Source of the DNA: Octopus bimaculoides
Lineage: Eukaryota
Length of the DNA: 64,000 nucleotides
Assembly: GCF_001194135.2 (NCBI RefSeq)
Contig: NC_068989.1
Span: forward strand, 15,638,968-15,702,967
Reading direction: 5' to 3'
Shown: one piece after another, positions 51,302 through 64,000 of the stretch
How the letters are laid out: every line of letters starts with the position of its first letter
Numbering within the stretch: position 1 is the first letter of the stretch
The notes under the pieces: generated by a model
Seen by the model: the letters and a program-made list of their open reading frames with translations, nothing else
Told to the model about the DNA's origin: nothing
The model's database searches: none
Translations under genes and position numbers: made by a program

Positions 51302-52229
51302 GCGAGGAGCAATTCTATTACATCGATGTTAATACTTAACTAGTATAATTTTAGCCAGAAACATAGAAGGTAAAGCTTAACTTGATAGGATTTGAACTCA
51401 GGACATATTTAATTTCATTTTATTCGGCGCCCTAACGATTTTGCAAAGCCATTACCATGAGTACGAACAGAATATAAGATAAAAAAATATCAGCAGTTAT
51501 TAATTATGGTGCGTTAATAACAACAGTAATTATAATGGCTAGTAATTTCAACAAGTTTATTTTTGATTTTATTTCGTAGATTAGATTTTTGTTTTTAATC
51601 ACTGCAATTTGTAATATATCATAGAAATATAGGAGTGTGCAGTTGACAGTCAGAAATAATCTATGTGAGTGTGATAAATGTGATAAACTCAAAAGTAACG
51701 GCCATTACAATAATACATTTACGCGAACCATATGTGCAAAATATTGAATATTAAACATAGCGGAAACTGGAAGAAAGAAGCCATACATCAACAAAAATCG
51801 GAGATATGATACCAAAATTAATTTTGTTTGTTAGTAGGATAATAAACTGAGCAATTTCTATGACTATGAAAAAAAGTTGTTGCCACTTAAAAAATATCGC
51901 CAAAGGAAAATTTTGAATTAATTAAAGAAGAACTCAATTCTGAAAAAAAACCCCCCAAAAACAAAACAAACTCATTAGTCGAGTTGTTTTGTTTTAGTGT
52001 TCTTATTTTTTTTATTTGCAGACACATGTGATTGTAACATTAATCCACCCCTTACTCTACTACCTGACACAGCTCTTTTACTTCACAACAACACCTGCTA
52101 CGCTCAATTTTACTTTCTCTAGGAAGCCTTCTATTATTATTCCCTTTCTAAAGCTTATGACATATGCACACGAATACTCTTAACCACACCCAAATAGAAA
52201 GGAACAAGATTTTAAAAAGCCAACCCACT

Positions 52230-52460
52230 GACTGGCATCAATCATCAATGCCCTTTCGACCACTACTACAACAGCTTCTGCCTGGAATTAGCTAATTGTG
52301 CAGCACCCCGGCCCAAGCTAACTACACACTCGTCTCTGTTTTTCACTTTATCAAAACCGTATTCACTCTGCAGGCTCAAGCATTTCTCCCTAGGACTTCA
52401 AATTTGTGGAATTCCTTTCCCTACACTAATTTTTCCTCGAGTCTTTTTCTCATGGTTGTT
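52230..52460 (+). pseudogene. Non-LTR retrotransposon ORF2 C-terminal remnant
   Basis: HYYNSFCLELANC and AFLPRTSNLWNSFP, resembling the LINE C-terminal Y..G.CS.EL and F.PRT..LWN.LP motifs. Confidence 0.5.
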
Positions 52461-53367
52461 TAAAATGAGCACCAACCGCATGATTATCACCCGCCTTGGA
52501 GGGCACATAAAAGACATGGATGCAGCCTTTGTTTCCTAACTAAACCATTAAAAGAAAACGTTGTATTCTTCCAACTCAATCTTTTTTTTATTCATCAGCA
52601 ACCTATTATGTTATACCATATAACACATTACGATACGATATCATAGTACACCTTGTCAGCGTGTCTGAACTATCAGTTTTGTTTTTAATGTCTACTCTCT
52701 CTCTCTCTTGTCGTATTTCCTTTAATCTTAATTGTCTACTCAATTCTGTACTACAAAAAGTTCCCCTTTGTACTTGCTCGAGAAGACGTAATCTATTTAG
52801 TTTATGTCTTTCATAAAATGTTTCGATAAAGCTCATCAACACCACCATAAATAAATGTGGATATGTTAGGCGCCTCAGATGTATGACTGCCTGGTATGAT
52901 CTATTTTAAGCTTGTCTTGTAGATAGATAGAAAGAGGAATGCAATTATGTTTCGGAAATGAGAGCAAGTTTCGAAATCGGAAGACCAGTTACTAATCGAG
53001 AAAGAGAAAAACAAATATTTTAGACGGACGGGTGGCCATATACACCTGGACACTGAAAAAGTGGAATGAAATTTTACATGCATTGAAATTACGAGTTGCA
53101 GTTAAAAGAGGGGAAGTGTACTATCGACTTAAAACTGTCAGCGTGTCTGAACTATCAGTTTTGTATTTAATTTAAGTCAACCGCTGACCGATTTCCATCC
53201 GGCAAATGCATTCGGAAAATTTGTACACAAGCCCTTGGCGGCCCTCCTCCGACAAGCCTGTTTTTAAATCTTTCTTAATGGTATCCCTTTATCAGGATTA
53301 TTGAACCAACTGAGTATTATTAGTCTACTAATAATGCTTAGTTAGTTAAAATTGTGCCTTATTCTCT

Positions 53368-53562
53368 TCTCGTTTGACTTTCGGAAACATATTTTTACGC
53401 TCAGAATTGCTGAAGCATGGAATAAACTACATAATCAGTCATTAGCTGTCAAGACACTACATCTTTCGAAACTTTCATGCTTCCTGAAATTCGCCAACAG
53501 TACACCTGATAACACTCTTTTTTTCTTAGTTGTCGTGCACTTGATCAATGTATACAACAATT
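53368..53562 (+). mobile_element. CR1-type LINE 3' end with (ATT)n tail
   Basis: DFRKHIFTLRIAEAWNKL, matching CR1 R..FFS.RVV..WN.L. Confidence 0.65.
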
Positions 53563-53579
53563 TTATTATTATTATTATC

Positions 53580-53702
53580 ATTGCCTTTGCACAGCTTCTA
53601 ACGCTGGAGATGTACTGCGGTGTCAGCTGTTCACTACCAGTGAACTAAGGTAACACCTCTTATCTTTCGAGCACCTTCCGGAGTATTCAGGCGGTTCCAA
53701 TT
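53580..53702 (-). mobile_element. R4/Dong-type LINE 3' end in (AAT)n
   Basis: Minus strand IGTA*ILRKVLER* then 3'UTR and (aat)n; (ATT)n on both flanks. Confidence 0.7.
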
Positions 53703-53710
53703 ATTGTTGC

Positions 53711-53749
<39 letters not shown>

Positions 53750-54287
53750 CATTATTATTATTATTAAGTTGGTGCTATGAATGATGGAAAACAAATACAT
53801 AGTATGTGCAAACAGTGATCGTATTGCCATCACACAGAATATTAAGGTGTTCCTCACGAAAATAAACGAACATGTAAAAGCTATTGGAGAAGCATATTCA
53901 TCTATTGTGTTGAAAATGCTCTTGCAATTGTTCAGTCTAGACCACCAGATACATAGGAATTGGAACGAACGAGATAATTACCGAAGAGAATAGTTGTTGT
54001 TGTTGCTTAACCTATGTTAATCTTGATCGAATACCATTTCAATTCCACTGGACCTGTTTTTGTTTTGCCGGTGTAGTTTATCAAAGATAATAATATCCAA
54101 TATCAATGCCGAATAGAGAATTAATGAAGTGCAGTGAGATGAATAGAATAAAATAGAGAACATCTTTGGAATTCCTTCTAGACTTGTGAATTCGAGGAAG
54201 TTGACACCCAGGTCAATGTCTGCAGTATAAATATCAACTCAATATATAAGTGTGAATCTGGCCAGAAATTTTTCAACATAATCAACT

Positions 54288-54410
54288 GCACCGCTCCCTG
54301 TCGGCCTTGACACATTTCCTAGTGTCCTTATGTTTACAAGGGGGAGACAAGCACCTCCACCCTAAACATAAGGACACAGGAAATGTCTCAAGGCCGACAG
54401 GAAGCGGTGC
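54288..54410. other. Near-perfect hairpin, about 49-bp arms
   Basis: gcaccgctccctgtcggccttgacacatttcctagtgtccttatgttta versus taaacataaggacacaggaaatgtctcaaggccgacaggaagcggtgc. Confidence 0.9.
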
Positions 54411-54559
54411 GGCTTCCTTGGTCTAACCAACAGTAGTAGTATTCCCTTCAGGGGACTGTCACATCAAGTTGACAGCATACAACTACTTCATCGTATCACT
54501 ACTGCATAAATCTCTCTGAGATATTTAGAAATGTATTATTTCTATAATCAACTCTGCTG

Positions 54560-54745
54560 ACGGTTTCTGAAACCAATCCTTTGCTTAGTGGTGACCTGCG
54601 ATATCTCTTCAGGTTCTTTACGCCCTAAGTTCAAATCTCGCAGACGAGTCGATAAAATTAAAGTACCAGTCAAGTACTGGAGTGGGCGATGCCGACTAAT
54701 TCCCTACACTTAGAATTTTTGGTCTTGTGCCTAAAATCAGAAGCA
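54560..54745 (+). mobile_element. SINE family B, diverged with internal deletion
   Basis: aagttcaaatctcgc...gtcgataaaattaaagtaccagtc...ggtcttgtgcctaaa. Confidence 0.6.
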
Positions 54746-55179
54746 ATTGTTGTGTAGCTCTATTTGGCTTCGTTCAAACAGTCTTATGACGAAAGACGTT
54801 CAAAGCACAGATTTGGATTTAGAGAACATACGACTAAATAATTCGATGAACCCACCTTTTCGAGACACTAAGATGTAGTTCAAGGTGGAGTTGGTTGTGA
54901 TTTCTAGCTATTCGAGCGACCACGAAAAGTTCTCTTTGTTAGCTCAAAGTGTTGTTGTTGCTGTTATTATAGACCTATTTTCATAGTCATGCACACTTCC
55001 TGATTAACACCATATTTTTGGACAGTATATCTATCTGGTTTCTTTTTCTCACTTTCGGCCATCCCCAGCATACACACACTATTTTATTCTCACTTCTTTC
55101 TTCGCACATTTCATTCTTTTATTCTTTTTTCACACTGTAACTTTGTCATCTCATTCCTTCAGCTTGATATTCTCCCCCC

Positions 55180-55213
<34 letters not shown>

Positions 55214-55642
55214 CTTCTTTCTCTCTGTCTCTTTCTTTCTGTTCTTTGCCCATTCCAGGCCTATCCCTATTTTAAACACTGTCTATTATTATCATATAAA
55301 CGCTGTCACTCATTTTCCTCAATTTCTCTCTTTTCCATACACTTTTTCCTTGTATCCTCTCAATGTTGCTTCCTGTATCTCTCTCCTTTTCTTTAATTCT
55401 CTCTCCCCCTACCTCTCTCCCTCTCTCTTCTATTCTCTTGTTAATTCTCTTTATCTTACACCCTCTTCTAATCTGATAATATGTCCATCTACCTGTATCT
55501 ATCTGTCTATCTATCTGCCTGTCTCTGTCTGCCTGCATGCCTTCTGTTCCTCTTTCTCTCATACATAAACATGGGTGTGTGTATGTGTATAGATATACGT
55601 ATATATATTTATAAACATGCATACATACATATATGTACACGA

Positions 55643-55690
<48 letters not shown>

Positions 55691-55919
55691 ATACATATTA
55701 AGCAGTATCGGCGCCAAGTAATGTTTAGGTGTGATCGAAATTTAGGTTCGTTAGAATATGTTTCTGACAATCTAGTTATTTATATACGTTGAAGACATAT
55801 ATCTCTCTCTCTAAAGATATACCTGTCAAATAATCTACTTCCGTATCTTCCTATTTCGATAAATCTATCTATCCAGCTATCTATCTATAACAACCTTATT
55901 CATTCTTCCTCCTCCACCT

Positions 55920-56240
55920 CTCTCTCTCTCTCACACACACACAAAAACACTCACACACGCACGCACACACGTACACACACATACAAACACACAAGCAGAC
56001 ACACCTAAGCACATACACACACACACACACAAACACACACACATACACACACACCCCCAAACACACACACACTCGCAAACACACACCCAAACACACCCAA
56101 ACACACACACACACACACACACACATACGCACCCACTCAAACACCCACCCACAAACACACACACGCTCACAAACACACACACACACTCACAAACAAACAC
56201 ACACACCAACACACACACACACATACACATTTCATGCAAA
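55920..56240. repeat. Long imperfect (CA)n microsatellite
   Basis: Directly visible; source of the Cys/Val ORFs. Confidence 0.95.
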
Positions 56241-57386
56241 CACACATTTATCATAGTCACAAAAATTATTTCTGTCTGTCAATTGCACACTCCTATATTT
56301 CTATGATATATTACAAATTGCAGTGATTAAAAAGGAAAATCAAATCTACAAACTATCAATAAAAAATAACTCAACAAAATTTACTTTGTTTATTCCACGT
56401 TAAAAATAATTATAGTTTTATCTTTAATACAACTAATGATTAAATCTTATTTTGAGAAACATTTGTAAAAATATATAACACTGAAACAGTAATTATTGTT
56501 TCTTTTTTTATATATACATAGTTGTATTTTAGTTTTAGTTTTTATACTGTTGATTCGTATAGTTATGTTTCTGTTTAAATCACTTAAGTTATTGGTTTAT
56601 TAATATGGTTGCATTTAACAGTATTTTGCGGTTAGTTTATGCTTATGGCTTCCATTTAGATATTCGATGATGTTACTTTTTTATTGTTAATATTGAGTTT
56701 ATATGAATTATGAAGATTATTGTTTATTTCTATCATTGCGTTTTAATCTGTTAAGCTTATTGTTACGGCCGTTTGTTTTGAAGTATAGTTTTGTTTTCAC
56801 ATGTATATTTGTTGTTGGTAACTTATTGTTAAAGGTGTCTTTTAGATGTCATATATTTCTAACTTGCATTGTCATGTGCATCGACATGATGGGATCTGAT
56901 TAGAAGAGCTCACATTACATTTAGACCTGCTCACTTTTCCAGGTCCCTAATGTTTAGCAGACTTTAAGACGAATGTACCCACATTGCTGCAAAACATATC
57001 CATTTATTCTTTTATTCTTTTGTACGTTTCAACCCAAATACTATGGAGCACCACCAGTGTGTAAGAAACGTGGGTTAAGAGTGATCCCTACTTCTTGTTA
57101 GAAGTGTTTAGGGGTGGGATACATAAAGGGCCTTAACCTTAATGAGGATTACTTATCTGGGAGTAGGAAAGCCTTGCATTCGTATCTCCTGTAGATCCCT
57201 TAATTTGGAAAAGACTAGGGCTGTTATAAAGCTTACAAGTTTGAAATTATTTGGTCTTCCTATCTTTTTATGTATCGTAAACTTTTGCCTAGATCAGAAA
57301 GTGAGTTGTATGTTCAAATCCCTATAAACGAACTCTCGTACAAAATCCCTTTGGCGATGTATTAATATTACGAGATTTCCTCTTAC

Positions 57387-57449
57387 GGTGCGATTATTTT
57401 CTGGTCCTTTGGTGATGGGTTCTTTGGTGGCATTTACAGGTTTAACAGA
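57387..57449 (-). CDS. Possible 63-nt internal exon (SVKPVNATKEPITKGPENNRT)
   Basis: Acceptor catactttcag, donor CC|GTAAGA, length 3n, only phase 0 open. Confidence 0.2.
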
Positions 57450-58484
57450 CTGAAAGTATGCAATCAATAGCTTGGTGGACAACAACTGAATCGCTTTCGG
57501 ATTCAGGAATTGTAAATTAACTGACACACATCAAGGCTGGTTACGCTCAAAATTGAGTGTATGCATGAATGTATGTAGTATGTATCTATATCTATACATA
57601 CTTATGTATGTATTATGCATATATTCATGTGTGTGTATATATATATATATATATACATTTCTTGTATGCGTGCATGCATGTATTGTATATGTATGCATGT
57701 GTATGTGAGCGTATATGCATGCATGTATTGTATATGTATCTATATAGGAGTTTAATAATATGGTGTTTAAATTCAGGTTAGGGTTAGATCCAGTAGAACT
57801 AAGATCAAAGACTTTCCAGCCCTAATACCTTTTCAGTATATCTAAGACTACATTATTACTGAATGTCTTTCGCTTTTTAAGAAGAGAAGACCTTGAATGC
57901 AAGAAGATTTAGCAATTACGTCTACGAGGTCGAACGACCGCCAAGAGACTCCATTGATGCCTCACAGAGTTGCTTGTGCTTATCGGCGAAAAGAAAACAG
58001 AAAACATTTCACTTGAGAGGGAAATATTTATCTCATTGCTACATTAATTCTCTCTTGCCATAGAAACTATAGATGCCATTATACAATAAATATCGAAAGG
58101 CGTTTTTTTCATTTAAATACAATATAATGTGTTTATAGCTAGTGCAAACAGTTTAAAATGAAATCGGTGGAGTGTAAAACAGTATTAGAAAGATAATTTC
58201 TTGTATATAAACACCTGGGTTTCTTAAGTAGGTATATAGTTCAAATGTATCAACATTAATGTATTGAATTCTATAGAGATATAATGCTATATAGAAAATC
58301 GAGTACAATATAAATGATGATTAAGGATAAACTTTATGAAATGTTAGTGTTATTTGTCTTCCCTTCTTGCAATAGAGGTGAATATATTCTTTTGTGGATA
58401 GACGGCATTTCATAGTTTCTGAAATCACAAAAAGAAGGAACCTCTTTGTTGACACACTACATATGTTAACTTTTATCGTTTACG

Positions 58485-58593
58485 TTTTATTTATTTAAGT
58501 CAATGGACTGCGGCCATGGTGCGGCACCGCCTTGAACAAATCGACTCCAATATGGTGTTTAGTGTATAGTACATACATTTCAACATACACTGA

Positions 58594-58687
<94 letters not shown>

Positions 58688-58790
58688 ATTTATCGAATTC
58701 ATTTGCCCAACTGCTAAGATACGGGGACGTAAAGAAACAATACCCATTTTCAAGCGGTGAGGGGAGACCAACACAAACACAAAGTCATAC
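58485..58790 (-). mobile_element. SINE family A 3' fragments with microsatellite
   Basis: tggactgcggccatggtgcggcaccgcc and ctgctaagatacggggacgtaaa. Confidence 0.65.
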
Positions 58791-58808
58791 ACATACTCAC
58801 ACACACAT

Positions 58809-58884
<76 letters not shown>

Positions 58885-58929
58885 CGTGTTACGCTAAGAA
58901 GCAGGGCACGGTACCACAACTATCGACTC

Positions 58930-59960
58930 GATTCAAATATAAGAAATTCCTCCGGTTTCCCGATGGAACAGAATATGGTCGTTTGATTATGTCCGTCCTC
59001 TTTTCCAAAGTGGAAGAGTCCAAAGCTTTTCTCGTTCAGCTGCATATTGTTTTTTTAAAATCTTTTTTTTCTGTCCACTAGATCACTGCGTATAGATCCG
59101 ATTGAAGTTTTGTTGGATCATGTACCCCGTTCATGACTTTCTGAAACTTAGATTCATCAGCAAATATTTTTATGGTGTTATGCTTGACAAAATCTGCAAT
59201 GTCATTTATACAAATAATAGAAAGAAGTGGGACTAGCACAGTATCATGCAGGACTCTGCTGGTAACTTTTTCTGGTCTTAACGGACTCTATCAATCTGTT
59301 TGTCAAGAAGCAGTCGGTCCATTGTAGCAGCTTTCCACGGACTCCAGTGTTGGATAATTTTCTCATCAGTATGTCGTAGTCAACTCTGTCAAAGGTTTTG
59401 ATGAAATCAAGGTTTGTAACATCAATTTTGTGGCCCTTACAAAGTGCATTGAAAGTGTCACCAAAGTGTTGTAGAAGCTGCGTCTATCTCAACTCTTTCT
59501 CAAATAATTTGATGATATAAGAGGTTAATAGATCGGACGGTAATTCGCTGGAAGCGATTTGTTTTCATTTAAAAAAAACTGGGATGACCGACTGTGGGAG
59601 TAGGTTTACGGGGATAAAACATGTGTCTAGGGATTTCCTCCAGAGAATACAAAGGCGAGTCGCAAGTTACTGGCTGTATTCTTGCAACACTCTTGCGGGA
59701 AATCTGTCAGGGACCGCTGCTGAACCAGGTTTGATTTATTTGCTGCTAGAATGTCAGTAGCGTTAAAGATTATGTCAGAGAAGACATACTGAGGATTTAA
59801 ATAAGCAAAATTTCCTAAGTAGACTGCATCAGGTTTATTGAAAGCAGAGCAGTGTTGCTTCAACAGAATCTCGGTCATCTCTATGGATTCGCACTGAAGA
59901 ATGTCATTTGCGTCATCCAGACGAAACTGGGGAACTATGTGATTTTGCAAAGGAATAAAA
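58930..59960 (-). mobile_element. CR1-clade LINE RT fragment (decayed)
   Basis: TEILLKQHCSAF..SDIIF..VPDRFPA..LTSYIIKLFE..DVTNLDFIKTFDRVDYDILMRKL..GVRGKLLQW..INDIADFV..IFADESK..LQSDL. Confidence 0.85.
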
Positions 59961-60103
59961 AGCCTTATGATTATGTCTAATTTTTTTCAATGGCCCAGTC
60001 TTCCTCTGCAGCTATTTGGTTGTTTGTGAGGACTGTTATATAATGTGTGTGTGCATATATATATATATATGTATATGTGTGTGTGTGTGTATATACATAC
60101 ATA

Positions 60104-60613
60104 CATGATGATGATGATGATGATGTCTGTCCACTCGTGACCGAGGAATACCATTGCCGACCATCAGGAACATTGTGCGCTCTTGGACTAACTTATATTT
60201 TGCATTTGCGGCTCCGTTGGTGGCTAATGAGCCCTGCTCTTGATAAGCATACACGACAGCAAACATTGCAGACCAAGCTTTCCCCATTCACTATACGAGC
60301 TGTACGCTTTCGCGCAGCTCGCTAAAGTTCTTCATGCTGGATACGTGCTCTCTCAAAAGTGTCGATCCCCTCCTTAACCTGCTTCCTTCATTTGTGGCGA
60401 TGACAGGCATTGTTCTCCCAGTCAGTGTCCTGCATATCACAGGCCTTTAATGAGGACTTGACTAGTGAGGCAATGATGCACAAGCAACGGTTACGTTGGA
60501 CTGGACACCTTATTAGAATGAAGGATAACAGGATTCCTAAGCAGATACTATATGGAGAACTTGTGAATTGGAGGAGACTCCGGCAGAAACCAAGGTTGCG
60601 ATTTAAGGACATA
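60104..60613 (-). mobile_element. RTE-clade LINE 3' end with inverted 5' segment and (CAT)n tail
   Basis: Minus 60464-60126: VKSSLKAC..WENNA..RKQVKEG..CNVCCRVCLSRAGLISHQR. Plus 60465-60613: QRLRWTGHLIRMKDNRIPKQILYGEL..PRLRFKD. Confidence 0.9.
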
Positions 60614-60631
60614 CATACATACATACATGCA

Positions 60632-60664
<33 letters not shown>

Positions 60665-61264
60665 GGTAAATGAGAGACAGGAGATGGCAGATACAAGAAG
60701 TTTTATTAATCACTGCAAATCTTTCGACACATCTAGTATCGATTCCTCACGGGTGGGATACTTCATAACTTTTTCAGGAGCATCCTACTGTGCAGATGTG
60801 TCGCTTAGGTTGATAAAAAGATATAAGTCGTTAAAATAACAATTCCGCAATGTATCTTCTCATTTCGTGTAAAGATAAGCAGCAAATTAAAGATAAGCAG
60901 TAAAGATAAGCAGCAAATAGCTTCATTTATATAGAAGATCAATAATAAAATAACAGAGGCGAAACAGAAACGAACACGCAATACTGCGAAAAAGTATTAA
61001 AAATAACACTTAACGGATATCAATGTCGAAACGCCCTCGCGTAAGTTGTATGGCGCATGTACACTCGATCATACAAGCATCCACGAATATGTAAGCCTAC
61101 GCACACGTATAGTTTGGCGTACATAGTTCACAAAGCGAGTTAAATAGCTACTTGGCGTTCATAAGGATGGGAAGGTAAAAGCTAAACTTAATTCATCCGT
61201 ACCTTAGGGTAAACAATGTTAACAGTTAATCAAATTCATTCCTGCTGTATTGTGCAAAAGTACA

Positions 61265-61766
61265 TACAGGGGTTGGACAAAATAATTGAAGCACCTAGCA
61301 TCATAGCATCATAATTTTGAAATAAATATCTATAAAACCGTCTAAAGCTTGTTTATTTTTATGTTTTTGTTTTGATTTATTATTAGTGTTGCTTAATATA
61401 TTTTGCTAAAATTACTGTTCCTTTTCAGATATCATCAGAAAAAGGTAATTAAAATTCATTAAAATGATAGATCTATCCGACTTTCAAAGAGGTCGAATTA
61501 TTGGTGCTCGTATGGCAGGTGCTAGCGTTACGAAAACAGCCGAAATATATGATGTATCAAGAAGTACTGTCTCGAAATTAATGACGGCCTTTGAGAAAGA
61601 GGGAAAAACCTCCTCGTCGGAACAAAACTCCGGAAGAAAACGAAAAATTTCAGATAGGAACCGTCGGACTCTTACGTGAATTGTTAGAAAGGATCACAAA
61701 AGTACACTTCCCAAAATTACTGCAGTGCTTAATGACCACCTCGAGAACCCAGTTTCCACAAAAACC
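61265..61766 (+). mobile_element. Tc1-like transposon, 5' half (TIR and paired-HTH transposase remnant)
   Basis: TA|caggggttggacaaaataatt; MIDLSDFQRGRIIGARMAGASVTKTAE..VSRSTVSK..SGRKRKISDR; truncated by a SINE B head at 61767-61800. Confidence 0.85.
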
Positions 61767-63136
61767 TAGCATGCTGACGTTTCTGCCAGCTCGCCGCCTT
61801 GTAAATTATATATAATAATAATAAAATCTTATATTAATATAATGATAAAATGTCATAACACTTCTCATTTATTTAAAGTTACTGATATAAATATTATTCA
61901 AAGTACTAACAAATAACTTCCTTATTTACGTATTTTATCGAAAAGAGAACTCGGTAAAATAAAATAAACGAAAATTTAGATCTACGATAATTATAACCTA
62001 TATTATTACTTAGATAAAGAGATAATAAGCTATAAATATAAATGAACTCCGTAAATGTAAATAAACAAAAGCATAAACATATAATATTGACCTACGATAA
62101 ATGTAAAGCGTAAACATATAATATTGATCTACGATAACTGTATATTATCTCTTAGATAAAGAAATCTTAGAATTATATATATTTCAAAATTTTACTAAGT
62201 CTTTCAGAGGTAATGAAATTAGAGTGTTGCAATAAGAATACAAGCTACACAATATAAAAAATTTATTACAATTATTAAGCTTAGTTTGTATCCCAATTAA
62301 TACACATATTTATATTTATTCAAAAAATATATAATTGTATATAATAATTGTTGTAATCTACTTATTCATACTTACGCAAGCATTTTCTTGAACAAATACT
62401 AAATTACTTAGTTTATCAGAGGAGAAAAAATATTTTTGTAAGTAAAAGTTTATACGTTTATAAATAAATTAGCTATTAAAAAAAAATACGTACTTTGAAA
62501 TAAATATTTTTGATCACAATATGGTATTATGTAAGATTATTAATTTATTATCGTTATTATTATCATTATTATTATCATTAATTAATAAATTAAATGAATG
62601 TATTTATAAAGTATAATCATTTAGTATAATGAAGATAGCTTATTTAAAATCTATAATTAATATTTAACTACGAATATAATGATGTATTTTACAGTAAATA
62701 CAAATATTTTCACTGGAGCGAATACGAAAAATTATGAACTAATACACTAAAAATTTTTTTCTAAATGCCCGCCTTATAGAATTTAAAATAACAGACCATA
62801 AGTCTCAATGCAGTATAAAAATAAAAAATAAAAAACATATTTTTCCTCAAGTGATAAAATTCAGTTAGAATAAGGAACTTATACATCGTTCATCATCATA
62901 ATAAATAAATAATTAAATAGATAATTTGGCCAATATAATTTCGTTAAGCAATGTTATCCTATCATACGTTTAGATATATTTGTTGATACATTCACTACCT
63001 TATTTATTCATTATGTAATAAACATATGCACAAACTAAATGAACAATTTACATATACATATATACATATGTTTATATATGTTTTTACATACATACAAATA
63101 CATGAACATATACGGATACATTCATACATACATACA

Positions 63137-63206
<70 letters not shown>

Positions 63207-64000
63207 ATTAATAAATTCAATAGTGGGATAAATATCTTTTACAAGAATTTTACCAGGAAGCTAGCGTGTAAAAAATTCCTAAGGGAAAAAAGAACCATCA
63301 TTTTTTTTATTCCCAAGAATATAATTATTCATTTATATTTATATACATACAGACAGACATGTACATATACATGCACACATGCATAAAGAGATATATACAC
63401 ACATACATATATCCATACACAATCGGTACGTCATTTCACGACCTACTAAAATAAGCAAACAAATCTACCTCTAATTACATCCTGTCTTAGAATAGTACGG
63501 ACTCATTAACTTATGTAGTCCTAGAAATACCAAAATAATTCTGTATGATGTCAACTGGAATGTCTTTGATCATCACTTTGCTATAATGAAAGACATTCAG
63601 AACTGTCCTGCAGTTAAGCAACGACATAAACATCATACGCCAAAACACACACACACAACTAATATACACAAATGATCAGGAACCCACATATCTATCGCTC
63701 TTGAAAATGTCAATTACAATCGCGTAGCATTGTAATGTCTTCCTTACGATTTATCGCAATGTCTTCCTTCTCGCTGACCGTTTGTTATTTTTCCTTTTCT
63801 CTACATCGCATATTCTTACTATTTTTTGTTCTCATTCTTTTTATTTCTCGTCCACATTTTCACGTCCCTTTGTTTCTTAATTTCCTTCACTCCTTCCTTC
63901 TTCATTCTTTTCTCCCTCATATAAACATACATCATATGCAAACTTTGCAGAATTTCTTACATTGTATACACATTTATATATACATATATATATATATATA

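Noticed and set aside
61850-63000. Extremely AT-rich tract with short degenerate repeats (gatctacgataa)
   Set aside because: Low complexity; no structure beyond 2-3 degenerate units
10897-63386. Many ORFs rich in IY, TH, CV, HTY or X
   Set aside because: Translations of (TA)n, (CA)n and (TACA)n microsatellites or N-gaps

Overview
AT-rich, repeat-dense, gapped (8 N-runs) eukaryotic draft sequence. The three abundant tRNA-headed SINE families, the very dense (TA)n/(CA)n/(TACA)n/(AAT)n microsatellites and the TE spectrum point to an octopus (coleoid cephalopod) genome; this is inferred from repeat recognition, not a database match. I found no prokaryotic system, CRISPR array, rRNA, intact tRNA gene or intact autonomous transposon, and no host gene I can name. 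Most ORF-track entries are microsatellite, gap or TE artefacts. Coding remnants I can recognise are all from TEs: a Tx1/L1-clade LINE (26.2-28.3 kb), CR1 (53.4 and 58.9-60.0 kb), RTE (60.1-60.6 kb), R4/Dong-type fragments inside (AAT)n tracts, two mariner remnants and one Tc1 remnant. One unexplained 195-codon open frame (43549-42961, minus strand) may be a host exon. The most interesting structures are: minimal hammerhead-ribozyme-like motifs in short non-coding repeats (Penelope-like or retrozyme-like); an RTE copy with twin-priming inversion geometry; TAA-embedded R4/Dong fragments; a fold-back mariner; a long-TIR MITE with an 8-bp TSD; a local templated duplication between SINEs; and a recurrent dimeric SINE. 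These are mostly mobile-element biology. I cannot claim a wholly new system from the sequence alone.
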